Shown piece by piece: positions 24,961-38,123 of a stretch of DNA of 64,000 nt (within the stretch, counting starts at the first letter, position 1; each line of letters opens with the position of its first letter). This DNA is from Takakia lepidozioides (Eukaryota > Plantae > Bryophyta). The DNA lies in the NCBI GenBank assembly GCA_030704615.1, contig CM060733.1, positions 45,942,001 to 46,006,000 on the forward strand. Direction: 5' to 3'. Both the position numbers and the translations under genes were made by a program. Below the pieces are notes generated by a model. It was not told the DNA's origin. It ran no database searches and was given only the letters and a program-made list of their open reading frames with translations.

Positions 24961-27900
24961 TTACACACTGGTAGAAGTACTTGTCCTACCAAGAGTTCCC
25001 GGCGTCCCTCTCTGTGGGGCTTTGTTCAAGATGCCCCTACCAAAATACTCAGCAATCACTGAAAACCCATCCTCTGAATTGCGCAACAGCTGAAAGAATG
25101 TATCATGGTCATTCGCATTTGCCTCCAGGTTCCGCTTCAAGTCCAGCACATGTCGGTTGGCTGGAACGCAAACAGGGCACTCCTTTTCATTGTCTCCCAG
25201 ACAGCGCTGGTGGAATGAGTGCATGCATAGAAAGTGAACCGCAGGCAAATCAAGTGCAGATGTACACGCAGTGCATTTGCTAAGCTGAAAGATGCGAGCA
25301 TGCGACCGCAGCTCTTCAACCTCTGCACGCATAGTGGCTGTTTCCTCCTGCATTTTGGTCCAACTTCAATTCATTCAGAATTCAGACTATGCAGGTTTTC
25401 ATATTGCAAATCTAGTTAACAATAATCTCCATTCAAGGAACTCGGCTCTGAAGGCACGACAAGCTTGCGCACCTGATATTTCTCAATTGCTTTGCGATCC
25501 TCGTCAATCAACCGAGTCTCTTGCTGGAGCTGGCGGGCAACATACTCTTTCACCACTGACAGAGTGAGTGTGGGATTTTTTGCAAGCTTTTGAAGAGCAA
25601 TAAGAGGTGGAAGCAGATTGTCACGCTCTACATGAACAAGCACCTCCTTCACTTCCTTTGCACAGTTCTCGCCACGCTCCCCAAAATATGACAGCACATC
25701 ATTCCAAAGTGTTGAGTCGCCCCCTCGCCCCACATCTCCAAGCCGTTTGCAAGTTGATATAAGTCCATGGTAGTCACCATCCTTCATATAACATGCCAAG
25801 ACCTCTTTGTAGAGCTTCATTTTCTCATACAAAAACAGAAGCCCATTCTGAAACTTGTGCATTTGGCAGAGTACTAGGGCAAGATCCACATCATAAAGTG
25901 GGTGTTGCTCATGAGGACCCCAACCGTTTTTCAATAATGCTAATGCCTTGTTTAATCTCTCTGTCTGTTCTTGACTTGGTACTCTCTCTACTTTCTCAAC
26001 CTCCCCGGAGGGACTACTGCTTGATGCCATCTCTTTCTCCTTCTTACCCTTCCCTTTTAACACAAGACCACCAAGCTTCCCTACTACCTTGCTTACATGA
26101 CCACCAGCTGCCCTGACAAATGAGTCATGCTGGTGAGGATTGTCAATAAGGGTGTTGGAATCTGCGTCTCCATTTGAAGGAGAAGAATTGTCAAACTGAC
26201 CAGGCTGCTGAGAAAGTGGAGGAGTATGGAGGTCATCCGAAAGATAGAGCTCAAGAAGTGTGTTATGAAGTTCAATATGGTAGGGTGAGTCCTTTTGTGT
26301 TTCCACGTACTGTTCCAAGAAAATGATCAACCACTTAGGTTGATCAATGAAAACATGGACAAACTCGACCGGAGAGGGTAGGACGCTTGACAACAACCCA
26401 CCATTAGTCGCTCTTCCATTCTCTGCTATTTGGGTACCCAGGACTCCACTGCTAGTGCAAAGCCTCATGAGTGCCGCGGTTGTTTCAGCAGGTTTGTGTT
26501 CCACAAGCACCTTCCCATATTGCTTCAAAGTAACTGCTGATTCATATAGCGGGAGCCCAGTTATATATTGCAGAGCCTCCTCATAGCGCTTCAAATCTTC
26601 CAGCAAGATCTTCAAGTACCACTCATGCTGCCCCGCTCGCTTGGCAACGAATAGGGCGTGCTGATAGTACCCCGCAGCCCTGCACACCCGGACAGCTGTC
26701 TCCACGTCGAAACGAGGCTCTCCTTCTTTCCCTTCCTCTCCCTTGATAAACTCACCTAGCTTCACAACATCTTTCAGCTTTGTATAGCAATTAAGAAGTA
26801 GGGTGGTGTGGTCTGCAGTTGCCAGCCCCTTCTCATGTAATTTTTCCAAGTAATGTGTCAAATTATGTATGCGCTGCGCATCTAAGAATTTCTGGATCAC
26901 ATAGGAAGGTTCTAGCTGCCCAATTGTGCGTATGTACTGGGCCATGGCTTCATCGTAGTCCTGTTTACCATATAAATGGTCTCCATATTTTCGCATCACC
27001 TCCGCAGTTGCTGCTGCATCTGCTTGTTGGCTTTGCACCTGATTGCACGACCGGAGATCTTTTGTGAGTGGCACAAGTAGATGTGTACTCAACCATGAAG
27101 GTTCCTCATTCAGAACACTGCAAGGTTAGAAATTGCCAAATGACACCAGCACAATCATAAGGTAACAATTCCACTATTAGAATAATTTACTGACCAGATT
27201 GATGGCTATGGTGTAGAGGTTCTTCCGAAACAACATGTCCAGCTTGCTCCCCATGTCCTTCTCTACAATACACAGGATCTTTTGATCGCGTGTAAGTATC
27301 GTGATGGTGCCCCACTCACAAAGAATGTGTCCGACTTCTCCCACAGACGTACTGTAGGCAATGAGCTTGTTCTTTAAATCATAGATGTTGAAGACATTTT
27401 TGTCAGGCCGGCGGGGGTCAGCTGTGACTGCCAGTAAATAGCCACGGAACCAAGCAATAAAACGCTTCTCCCCTTCAAATGCCCAACAGGGTCCCCGGCC
27501 GTCCACTTCATAAAAATACACCGCTTCAGTCCGGCCCACCACAAGGTCCTGGCTCATGAACAACAAGGATTTTAGTGTTCAATCAGACACTCCCAACTAT
27601 GAGCTCTTGAAACTTTCAGAAAGAGATGACCTTCAACGGACAAGGTAAACAATAGACTCCAACTAAATGTTCTGTTATGCCCAAGAGAGTTTAGATCTAA
27701 CTGACCTCATTATCACTCATAGCAACACACTGTCCCTCAGCCCCAGGCTGGTCGAGCACATGTTTCTGAGGTGGCTGCTGGTGCATATCAAACAAGTTGA
27801 TTGAAGAGCTGGTCACTGCAAAGAGCTGGAGGGCTTGGCCTTCCACATGGAAACCCAGGCCTGTAACAGGGGATGCGGGTGTGTGGCTGTCAGCGGCAGG

Positions 27901-28777
27901 ATCCACGCTGAGTCTCAGTCTTGCCACTCGTTCCCGGGCAATGTCACCTCGTATGCCGTAGATGAAGCCGGTCTCAAGGCCAAGACACACTAACAATATC
28001 GGTGGGGCCTCCTCATATACCACGAAGGACGTTATCTATTGATGCATGCCAGTCACAAAGTGCACATCCATTGTTTATCATAATAGGTCTTGAAAACTAA
28101 CACTACAAACTCCTACTCATGCCCCATGACTGACTTCATTAGTTCAAAGATAGCACAATGTACATTGCTTGTCTCCTCTCCACCGTCCCAGCTGCCTCTC
28201 TGTCCATCACTTGTAGGGTATCTATCTCTCTCAAACTCTCTCCAGAACCCTCCCAACTTAGAGTGATCAAAATCAGATGAAGGCCATATGGAGATCCACA
28301 CCTGAGCTTCAGGGAACTTATTGGTGAAGACACGGAGAGAGCGGACACAGGCAGGCCCCGTGGTGCTAGAGCCCTCTGGCTGGATTTTATCAAGGTCCCA
28401 CATCTTAAGGGTCATACCGGACACCCTGGGGGATGGCGTCTCATCCTCTCCCACCGATATAAGCATATGCCGTTGCTGCACCCCCATATCGAAAATTCAA
28501 TTTAAGAATGCAAAGTGGTAGAGGAAACCGGGTAGAAGTCTGAAGTTTGCAAACTGACCTTGAGCTGCTGGATGTGATGAACCCGCACTGAGTGGGCCTG
28601 GAAGCTGTAATTGAGTTTGAGGCCGCGATCCAGCACATGCAGCATGGCGTCCTCGGCGCCCACCACAATCTGCCCACGGCCGCTGGTGCTGCACATCACC
28701 TTCTCCTTCAGCTCCTCCGCCACGGTGGTCCCTGCTGCCTTCTCCTCGAAAAACTGGAACTTTCGCCATTGATACAT
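24961..28777 (-). CDS. VPS11: Vacuolar protein sorting 11 (HOPS/CORVET core subunit), 6 exons, about 1009 aa
   Basis: Exons 28777-28559, 28475-28302, 28035-27706, 27548-27195, 27038-25473 and 25347-24961, all GT-AG phase 0. MYQWRKFQFFEE start, KYGDHLY..EPSYVIQKFLDAQRI clathrin-like repeat, and C-terminal RING CTAC..VHFLCMHSFHQRC..CPVC. Confidence 0.97.
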
Positions 28778-29520
28778 TCCTAAAACTATCTCTCTCTCTA
28801 TCTCTCTCTCCCACAGTTTCACTCAAGCCCTCCTGTTACCGGTCCTTCCTGACCTGAACAACCCTCCATGTCTCCACTGCCATCGCCACCCCACCCTGTC
28901 TGCCTTGCCTTGGTTTTGGCAGTGTGGGCCAATCTGTGAGGGGCTAAGGAGGTGTGGAGGTAGGGCATGATCTGATCTGCTCTGCTCTATTGAGTATCCA
29001 CTGCTTCTTCTTCCTCTGCTTCTTCTTCTCACCCCTGCTTGCCTGCAAGCCCACACTAGGAATCAATTCCTTGCCGAATTACTACTTCTCCTCACTGGCG
29101 ATAGGCAGTGATAATAAGTCTCCAAAAAACAAAAATCTCAATTAGCAGGAGAGTAATTGGATATACTAGCCTGGTCTATTGTACCCCTATAGCGGTTCCG
29201 CATTTTCGGAATTTTTTAAATTTTGGTCAGACAATATGGGGCAAATGTGCCTAATTCTTCAAAATTCAACCAAAGTTTTCAAACCTTTCTCATGGTGTTT
29301 GTAATGGGAGGAAAATTTCATTGAACAAAAATCAATACACACATATGCGAGCGGAATAGTCTTCCTCCTACAAATCCCAATCTACCTACGAGAGCTCCTT
29401 AGATATTCTCATAACAATGAACCAGAAACATAGGATCTCTTAGTATTCTTATCAGTCCGTTATAGCAACGTCCCAGGTTACCTTTACAATTGTTCACCAT
29501 TTTCTTAGCATATGTACCAG

Positions 29521-31525
29521 TGTTACTCCGCCCACCATTCTTCTGATTTCTCTAGATAGACTTGCAAGAGGTAATTTTTTTGTCCGAGATAGATGAAGAG
29601 CTATGGATCGCTTTCTGAGTAATCAGCTTCGTGTCTTGGTTGGTAGGTCGGTTTCCCGTCCCCTCACTACTACGAGACCTCTGAGCCCGCGCATCGTTGG
29701 TTGTGTCGTGCACCTAAGCATCGTGCCACAACATACATCGCTGTCCACCACACAATCTAAGCACACAATCCTAGAAAGCTATACCACAATCGCCCCCCTA
29801 GCTGGTGGTTAGGTCCCTCTAACTCCAGATAGCTACAAGATGTAATAGCCACAGCCGTACTAAGTCCTCTATCATTGTCCCTATTGTACTCAAACTCTAT
29901 AGACCAAGAGGCCGGGTACAAGAGCAACCCCATCGTTACTTGTCGTCTTGCAATCTGTGAACTTGAGTCAGGATCTCGTGTGTTGGTCTCCTAGTAGCTT
30001 GGCCTTGCATTTCTTGTTAGTCTTCCATGGTTGTATCCACTCCCACTATCCAATGCAATGCGGACATAACCAATCCTCATCAGGAACCATCTCAAGAGGT
30101 GGAGTCAAGCATCCCATATGCCAACCTCTAGAGCATTGATCACACACCAGCATGGTGGCTGCCCATCTAGCAGACCCACACAACATGCACCTCAAACTTG
30201 CAGGTACCACTGCCAGGTTTGGGTCAACCCTTCCATCAACATTTGGAAGGTGATATGGCGCACAATTACGCACATGGTCCTTCCAAATCATGTCATCCCG
30301 ACCCTCCAAGATCAGGACTCCTGAGGGCAACACCTCTCGAACCCTCAAAATAGTACGTCATGCAGTCACATCTAAGGTCGTAGGAGCAATCTGCTGCAGA
30401 TAAACATAGTCACCAGGGTTGAATCTCCGAACCCCAGGACGATAGCCCCCACCACGTATGGTAGCATACCTCAACGTATCACGATGTTGTGCAATGGCAA
30501 GGTTCTCGAAAGCCATGGGCATGACTTTCTTGAACAACTCTGCACGCTGCTCACATGCACGTGCCCACACGTCCGGATCGTCAAGGTTAAGAACTGTAGC
30601 AGCTTCTCTGCGAATGGATGTAGGCAAATCCGGCTCTCGGCCAAAGAGAAGAAAGTATGGTGAGAAGGAGGCAAGCGATGCTTGCTTGCTGAACCTACAG
30701 CCCATGGCTAACCAGGGTAACTGAAGGTCCCAATCTCCTAGGTGTCCCTTCTGCAAGCCATACTTGTGCAAACCCCTCTTTACTGTCTGAACAACTCTCT
30801 CTGCCAAGCCATCGGCCTCAGGATGATCCCGAGAAGTGGTGCGGTGGTCTATTAAGGCCTTGTCACACAAAGCCTGAAACTCCCCCAAGAACTCTCTCCT
30901 TTGGTCCGTGAGTACCTCAGCTGAAGCATCGAATCGGCTAAGCACACAATCTAAGAATGCATACGCAGCTCCCTCACTAGCCTTATCAGGCAATTGAACC
31001 AATTCAATCCACTTGGAGAAGTGCTCTACCATCACCAACACGTACTTTGTGGCGCATGGTCAGTGGCAACGGCCCTGCGAAGTCAAGACTCCACCTGTAG
31101 CCCAATCCCATGATCGGAAAATGGTGCAATTGTGGAGTAGGGGCGTTGAATGAAGCACGCACCCCGTCACACACCATGCACCTAGCCACAAATTGTTGCA
31201 CCTCTGTGTGCATACCACGCCACCAATACTGCCCCTGCAGTAGACTATGAGTGCGTCGCACCCCAAAATGCCCCAACTCCTCATGGGCATGTCGCACTAA
31301 CCGTGCCCGCTGTGTTGGGTGAGGCACAATCCTCACTCGACCATCCTCCCATACTCGGAGCAGGTGTGTCCCCTCCCACTTGAACCTCTTGGCTCGTTGT
31401 AGGATCCGATCCCTCTCCTTGGCAGTTACAGTGGCTGCAGTGTCTCCAGTGCGGAGGTAGTCCAACACAATTGAATCCTCGTGTATATCTTTGGCGCCAC
31501 CTTGCTCATTGCTGGCCTCAGGGTC
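29521..31525 (-). mobile_element. Ty3/Gypsy LTR retrotransposon 3' half: integrase, PHD finger, PPT and 3' LTR
   Basis: HHCC (AHEELGHFG..CMVC), core LDFAGP..TDQRREF..DGLAERVVQT, C-terminal PHD at 30046-30200. PPT AGGGGGGCGAT directly precedes TG at 29788. Distal LTR end uncertain. Confidence 0.92.
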
Positions 31526-31529
31526 CTCA

Positions 31530-34059
31530 GACACTTGACAAGATTTGGCTGTCCTCTGGAATTTATCAGTGACCAGGGAAGTCATTTCATTAATGAGACC
31601 ATTGAACTGTTGACCAAAGAGTTCATGATTGTGCATAGGAAGAGTACAACCTATTATCCACAGGGCAATGGGCAGGCAGAGGCCACCAACAAAATATTAT
31701 GCACTATATTAGCTAAGATAGTCAATGCGAACAGGACAGACTGGGATACAAAGCTGTTGACAGCTTTGTGGTTATACAAGACTTCGTACAAGGTCACCAC
31801 CAAGTATACACCATTCCCATTAGTTTATGGCATGAAAGCTTTACTTCCAGTGACATTATTTTTATCTACCTTGAGAACTGAATGGGGAAGGAGAATGGAA
31901 TTGGAGGATTCAATTAAAGTAAGGAAACATGAATTATATCCTGAAAGTATGTGCGGATGCAGCAGATAACATGACCAGAATTCAGATAAAGAGGAATGAT
32001 CAGTTTGATGAAGGTAAATTGAAGACTTTTACGATTTGGTACTATGGTTGCAGAAGAAGAGAAAGATTGAAGCTTCTAAGCTTAAATCACCGTGGAAAGG
32101 ACCTTATGTCATATAGAAGATGTATGATAACAACACAGTTATATTACAAACCATTAACAAAGATATGCTTGGTAGAGTAAATGCCAATAAGTTGAAGGGA
32201 TGCAGTGGTATCTATGATAGACCATTGCAGCATGATTTGCGTCTTGAAACACAGATGCAGTCACAGACTACACCAGTAGCACCAGCGGAGACAGAGGCAA
32301 TGGACCAAGGAAAATTCATTGCTAACATGAAGGTTACTATCTGTCGCAATGAGGATACCATTCAGCAGTTGCACCAGGTCGATGCCCAGAAGGATAGGTA
32401 CATTTATGAATTGCAGCAAACAATTACAGTGCGGAAGAATGAACTTTCTGTGAGTGGAAGGGCCTGGAAAGAAGCCAATCATCTGTCAGCTGCCTATGCA
32501 CCTCTGGTTGAGCCTCATGCAAAGCGCATGGAGAATTTGCAACAATAATTGGAGTCGTACAGACTCAAGGAGGAGCAAGATCTCCGTGCTGCTACTCAGA
32601 ACTTGGTAGATAATTGTCTTGTGCAAGAGTGGTTAACACAAGGGCCGGTGGAAGGGAAAGCACCAAGAAAGCTCACCCAAGACGAGATGAAAGATCTCAG
32701 GCTACGGGTGCAGAACATTGTCACAACCACTATAGACAATGTCTATAGTCGGATAGCTGAGTTACAAGAGGATGTAGAAGGACTGCAGACTCAAATAGAT
32801 GACTTGAGCTCTAATATTGACAAAATGGCCTTTGTTCCTAAGGAATAGCTTATGGCTACTTATTTGCAGGCAAAGACTTTGATTTTTCAATCTTCACACA
32901 GGAAGTGCCGGACTTACCAACACCAGGGAGGACTGTGGCAACAACATCATAGCAGCCACAACAGGTCGACAATGTTGATACAATAGCACTAGAGCACTCA
33001 CTCTCTAAGGTTTGGGGTGATGCTTCTTTTAACCCACCTACTACTCCTACTGAACTTGAATACAATAGGGCTATGATTATGCCCTTCAACCAAATTCCCA
33101 TTGTTATGGATTTGGCTTGGAAAGAATTCAGTCCTCCAGAGTCTTTGACACACTATTACCAGATTATGCGCATTTGGTTGCTAGTGGCAACTCGGACTAA
33201 AGTTCTTCGAAATGACAGACCCATTGAAGATCACCATTTTTGCACGGTACTGGTCTGAAGCAGGAACCATGTTAAATGAATTAATTGCCTTCCAGATTGT
33301 TCATGGGTACATCTACACCAAGACCAAGGAGGTACCTAGTTTGGTCTTGGGTTATGGGTTGTATTATGCTGCTTGTTTTATTTTACGATATCACAATGAG
33401 CAGTAGAAGATGTAGATGAGATTTTAGACTTATTCCAATGGGGACCATTGGACGTTACCCCCAATTCCACCACATACATATTTGTATGATGTAAGGATCA
33501 TGCTTCAGAAGGATCCCAACTCCACTCTTGGTTTACTTTTGCTCTGGAGAACTTGGCCAGGGATAACTTGGGCTTTGATCTCATCTTTTCCAAAGGGCAT
33601 GAAGCCAAAAAATGGCTACACTTTTCCAAGATCATTGGCACCCCACTCAACTATACAGACGATGAACTGAGGGCATACACTCATTTTGCCCGAAAGCGGT
33701 TGGTACAAGTCTTAAAGTTTAAGCTTCCAGACATGGTGGGCATACACTGTATGCCAGTCAGGATTCCTGAGAAGCCAAAAAAGGTCAGGAAACAGAAAGA
33801 CCAGCGGGGGGAAGATGATTCAGATACTACTGATTCTGTGGGGGAAAGTTTTGCAATGGCTGAGGACTATGCGATACAACAGGTAGCGAAGCAACGACGG
33901 GGATCTCCTATGCCTGAGAAGTTACCTCCTTATCAGCCAAAGGTAGGGCAGTTAGTTCCATCTAGTCGACAGTCATCCCTACCAGCCACAGACATGACTC
34001 GGGCTCATACACAGAGCCCTCCACGCCACTCTCATCAGCACAAGGGATTTCGTTCATAG
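31530..34059 (+). mobile_element. Second Ty3/Gypsy remnant (non-chromovirus-like integrase) with long 3' coding extension
   Basis: TRFGCPLEFISDQGSHF..STTYYPQGNGQAEATNK..TPFPLVYG and a WKGPY motif near 32093, followed by broken same-strand ORFs 32120-34059 that include coiled-coil-like sequence. Confidence 0.85.
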
Positions 34060-34312
34060 AGGTTTTCTGATCCTAAGCAGTAAACTGTGAGGACGCCCCT
34101 GTAATGGGGTTATAATTGACACGAAGTTGTGAGTGGATAGTGTGGGGTATGCCTATGAGTGTGAGGGAGAGAGGGCTCACCAAAACATCCTGAAGCCAAG
34201 GTGCCAGCTGTGCAGCTTCTACACTCAGGCCCAAAAACTTCTCATGGTTCTGCTCACGCTTAAGGATTCTGCTCACGATTAGTGTGCAAAGCGTGAGCGT
34301 GCTCACACGGTA

Positions 34313-35179
34313 GCTACCCTCTCTTATACCCGACGGATAAGGGTAGGGTATATCTGATTATCCGGACCCTTTATTTACTCTGGCCCGGAGGGTATGTTAT
34401 ATTACTACCCGGATATACCTGAACCCGGCCCGACATTCAAATTTTCATCTAGTTGCATATGCAAAAAAATTTAAAACCCGGACCCGGAGGGTATATCCTT
34501 TCATGTGATTTGGTATTCAAATCCTACCACGTGATACTGCGGCAGTAATGTGTGTTAATAATTAATATATATTCTGTTTGAGGAGGGTCTGCTAGTCCGG
34601 TTGAAGGTTGGAGTCAGTGTGCTCGCCAGTTGGAGTCCGCTCAAAGGTCGCCAGTCCGCTTGCCGGTCTGCTGGCTAGTCCGCTCACAAGTTGCCAGTCT
34701 GCTCGTCAATCGCCTGTCCGCTGGCTAGTCCGCTCGCCAGTCCTCTCGAAGGTTGGAGTCAGTCTCTTGGAGGGTATGAAGAACCAGGACTTAGAAAAAA
34801 TTCAGAATCCGGACCCGGTGAATAGGCGGTGGGTTTATGCGCTCACCCCATGGGCCGTACTTGGCGGGGCCCATAGGTGCATTGAAAACGCTAATATTAA
34901 AAAATGAGAGGCTATACATTGGGTGCCTATTTAGCATTAGGGTGTAGGGTTTAGGGACAGAAATAGGCACATAAACCCTTATTCGCATGTAGGAACCCTA
35001 TTTGCGTGTGTTCTATTTTTGTGGAAACATGGGTACCCTATTGCCGTAGTTTGTGCTCACGACTCCATTTCCGTGTGCTCACAGTTGTGCTCAATTCTAC
35101 CAACCCCCGGTCTGGGTATATATTGGTAACTTGCCCGGATATACCCGACGATTATATTCATATACCGCCCTTAACATTG
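34313..35179. mobile_element. Non-coding TIR-transposon remnant with ACCCGG/TACCC subterminal repeats and an internal GCTAGTCCGCT-type minisatellite (about 34590-34745)
   Basis: Clustered ACCCG(G/A) motifs at 34325-34490 and 35105-35150; possible hAT-like right end TTAACATTG at 35171-35179. Left TIR not found. Confidence 0.45.
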
Positions 35180-35213
35180 GTTTTGAGGTTTTGACATGCC
35201 GAAAATCGACATA

Positions 35214-37261
35214 CCGTCCTTGGACAACCGTTTAGGCATTTTTGCGCCTAATAATAAAATCAATCAATCAGAAAATTAGGCATGTTCTGAAAACAATTTC
35301 TCAAATTTCATGCTATAATTTTTTAGAATTAGGCACATGAGAAGAGAAAATATTTATTTTCTTAAGAATAAAATTACAAAATAGACACCCAATGCCCATG
35401 GGTCCTTCCAGGCTCCAACTACCTTTCATTTCATTTGATACCCTAAAAATGCCCCTCCTTGTTGTACGCGGTGCTCCAAGGCTCAAGCTGATACATGCAA
35501 GCTCTCCCTTCGCTCTCACCAGCGTTTTTTTTTGCGCAAAATTTTGCCACTTTTCGAGGAAGAAATTGGCCTCACGAAATTTACAAATGAATTATAGGTT
35601 AAAATATGGCACTGTTTCACATTACTGCCCTCCCTAATGCCATCATGTCGCTGCAATGAGGATGCTGCATGTACAGTTGTCGACAGGGAAATAGCCATAT
35701 GCCATTCGGGTTCGTTAGATCCGGATGATCTTGCCTATCGAATTCTAGAAACCCTACCACCCTGCCAGCGTAAGGAGCAAAGCCTTGGGTTCAAACTCTT
35801 CCCGCTTTCGCCAAGGGATCAAGCTATGGAGGGAACTCTCATTTAGGTTTTGCTTACCCACCTAGTATTCGTGTCATGCACCTCCATTTAAGCAGACTAA
35901 CAGGGGCTCTTGCATTGGCACATGAGGCTTTGAGCAGAGTTGCTGATCTTGGACAAGATTAGTCATATTTGTCCATGGATTGTATCCATGTGACAGAGTT
36001 GTGCTAGGCTGGTTGCCTTTGTTTCCATGGCTTCTTTGCCTTATCCTGATCTGCACGAAACTTTTAAGGTGTTCCGGGTGTATTTTTCCATTTATGTTTG
36101 TTCTTGTATACTAACGTGGTTTGCTTGTGTAGGTCCCGCCCTGTGCTGTAGTGGGAAGTCTTTGTGGCTGAGGTTCAATTCCTCCATAGGGCATTTTCGC
36201 TCAACAACATGCTTTGCAATATGCAGTGTCGTTGTTACTTAGAAAAAATTACCTCCCTTGTCGCTCCCACAAATCGAAACACTACATGATTGCTGGCTCT
36301 CACACTTTAGGTGAGTTCAATATTGATAGTCCACATGAGTGTAGGCACGTTGGTACACGGCTTTGGTACATTGGTCATTTGGTACATTGGTCATTGGGTA
36401 GGCACTAGTGTTGTACTGGTATCACTTTTAGGACATACTAGATTGGTCCTGGTACCAGACGCATCGCAAAACTTTCATACCAGTCTGATGTGTATTTTTT
36501 TCCAGATACTGGTATGAGTATGAGTATCATGACCACAATATCAGCTGGTATGAGATATAAAATCTGGTATCATTCCAAAGCCATCATTGAATAACAAGTT
36601 TATCAAATAGCAAGTATCATGTGAAAAAAAATACAATACAATAAAGAAATAAATATACATAAGTATAAATATGTAGGCAATGTATGTACACATAAAGTAG
36701 TATAGTACACATACCAGAGTAAATGAGGAAGATGGGGGGGGGAGTAGTGATATTGTGGCTAGTATGAAACAACTGATACCAGTCTGGTCTTGGTATATGA
36801 CCAAGTATTCTCCCAAATGATTCCAGACTGGTCTGGTATCTAATACCAGTGCATATACCTCTGCACATACTAGGCAATATCCTATATACCGGTACAACAC
36901 TGGTAGGTAGGCACGCTAGTTCATGGCTTTGATACATGGTCATTTGGTACAGTGGTTTTCATATTGGTATGCTGGTGCATGGTGAAACCTCTTACATAAT
37001 GGTACTCTTGAGTTGTGGTAGGATGGTAGGCTAGTTATTTTCGCACGCATATATTTGTATTGATTTTTGTTCAAAGAAATTGTGATCTTATTACAAACAA
37101 CATGAGAAGAGGCTTGCAAGTTTTTTGGTGGAATTTTTGGGCATTAGGGACTTTGGTCCCATAATTTCCCAACAATTAGGCCAAAATCTGAAAAATTCAC
37201 AGAATTGATTAGGCACTTTCATTTTGAATTAATTATCGCCTAAACGGTTGTCCAGGGACAG
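35214..37261. mobile_element. Non-autonomous Tc1/mariner-type element, 2048 bp
   Basis: 24-bp TIRs CCGTCCTTGGACAACCGTTTAGGC and revcomp CTGTCCCTGGACAACCGTTTAGGC (2 mismatches), flanked by TA at 35212-35213 and 37262-37263. No transposase. Confidence 0.9.
36406..36902. mobile_element. hAT-type MITE nested in the mariner-like element
   Basis: TIRs TAGTGTTGTACTGGTAT and revcomp CAGTGTTGTACCGGTAT. Left flank GTAGGCAC, right flank GTAG-GTAGGCAC (8-bp TSD with a 4-nt slip). Many CTGGTA/TACCAG subterminal repeats. Confidence 0.85.
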
Positions 37262-37913
37262 TAGGTAGAGTCCTGTCAGAGATTGCATGTGTGCATTAAG
37301 TTCTTACATTATTCCTAGTGTTCTATTTAGACTACATCTTCTTCACATATTTCATCTTTAAATATTGATCAACATTCCATGTACACCTGTCTTGAACTAA
37401 TTCGCTTATCAACGGTCAGAATCAAACCCTAAGTTTAGTCCTGCCAACACACACCCCCGAAAAAGGTTTCGTTCAAGTCCTTTCAGATCATCCAGTATTT
37501 CATTGCAACACGGTCGTCACGCAGATCTCAGTCATGACCAGTCTTCCACTTCTATTCTGAGACTGTGAAAAGGGATCAATCCTCGAATCCAGGCTCGTGG
37601 CTTTGACGAGGTGCATTCGTAGTACTGTGGGCCCTCCTCTACTTACCGAGAATGCATAACGTTCGTGGATGTTGATGAGAGCAAGAGATTTGAACTGAGT
37701 TCTAGAAGCTCACAAAAGTCTTGAAGTTCTAAAGAGAGTGCCAACTCTTTCCAGAATGGTGGTGGGTTGTGGCAAAACTAGCTCCTTTCCTGGCCATTGC
37801 TATGGCCTCTGTGAAGAAAGGGAGTTGAGGTGGTAATGCAATGGTGAGGATACGATTCTTTTGCTCATTCCGAGGCTTTGAAGACTGGAAGTTCAGGTGG
37901 TTGTGAAGTTGCA

Positions 37914-38123
37914 CCTCCACTGTTCGTGCTGGTTGTCAGCTGCGTGCTGATGGAAGGTAAGCTCAGCTCAGTATGTTGATGGGATCTTGCAGTTTGTTGG
38001 ATGATACGAGTTTTTCCTCCTCCACTGTTCGTGCTGGTTGTCAGCTGCGTGCTGATGGAAGGTAAGCTCAGCTCAGCATGTTGATGGGATCTTGCAGTTT
38101 GTTGGATGATTTACGAGTTTTTG
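37914..38123 (+). repeat. 105-bp tandem duplication containing a splice-donor-like GAAG|GTAAGC, upstream of the VAPYRIN ATG
   Basis: CCTCCACTGTTCGTGCTGGTTGTCAGC... starts at 37914 and again at 38019; the copies are near-identical. Confidence 0.95.

Noticed and set aside
21513-28777. Biosynthetic gene cluster around the BAHD gene
   Set aside because: The neighbours are VPS11 and transposons; no other pathway enzymes are present.
36851-36858. P1BS-like GCATATAC upstream of VAPYRIN
   Set aside because: A single degenerate 8-mer inside a MITE is expected by chance.
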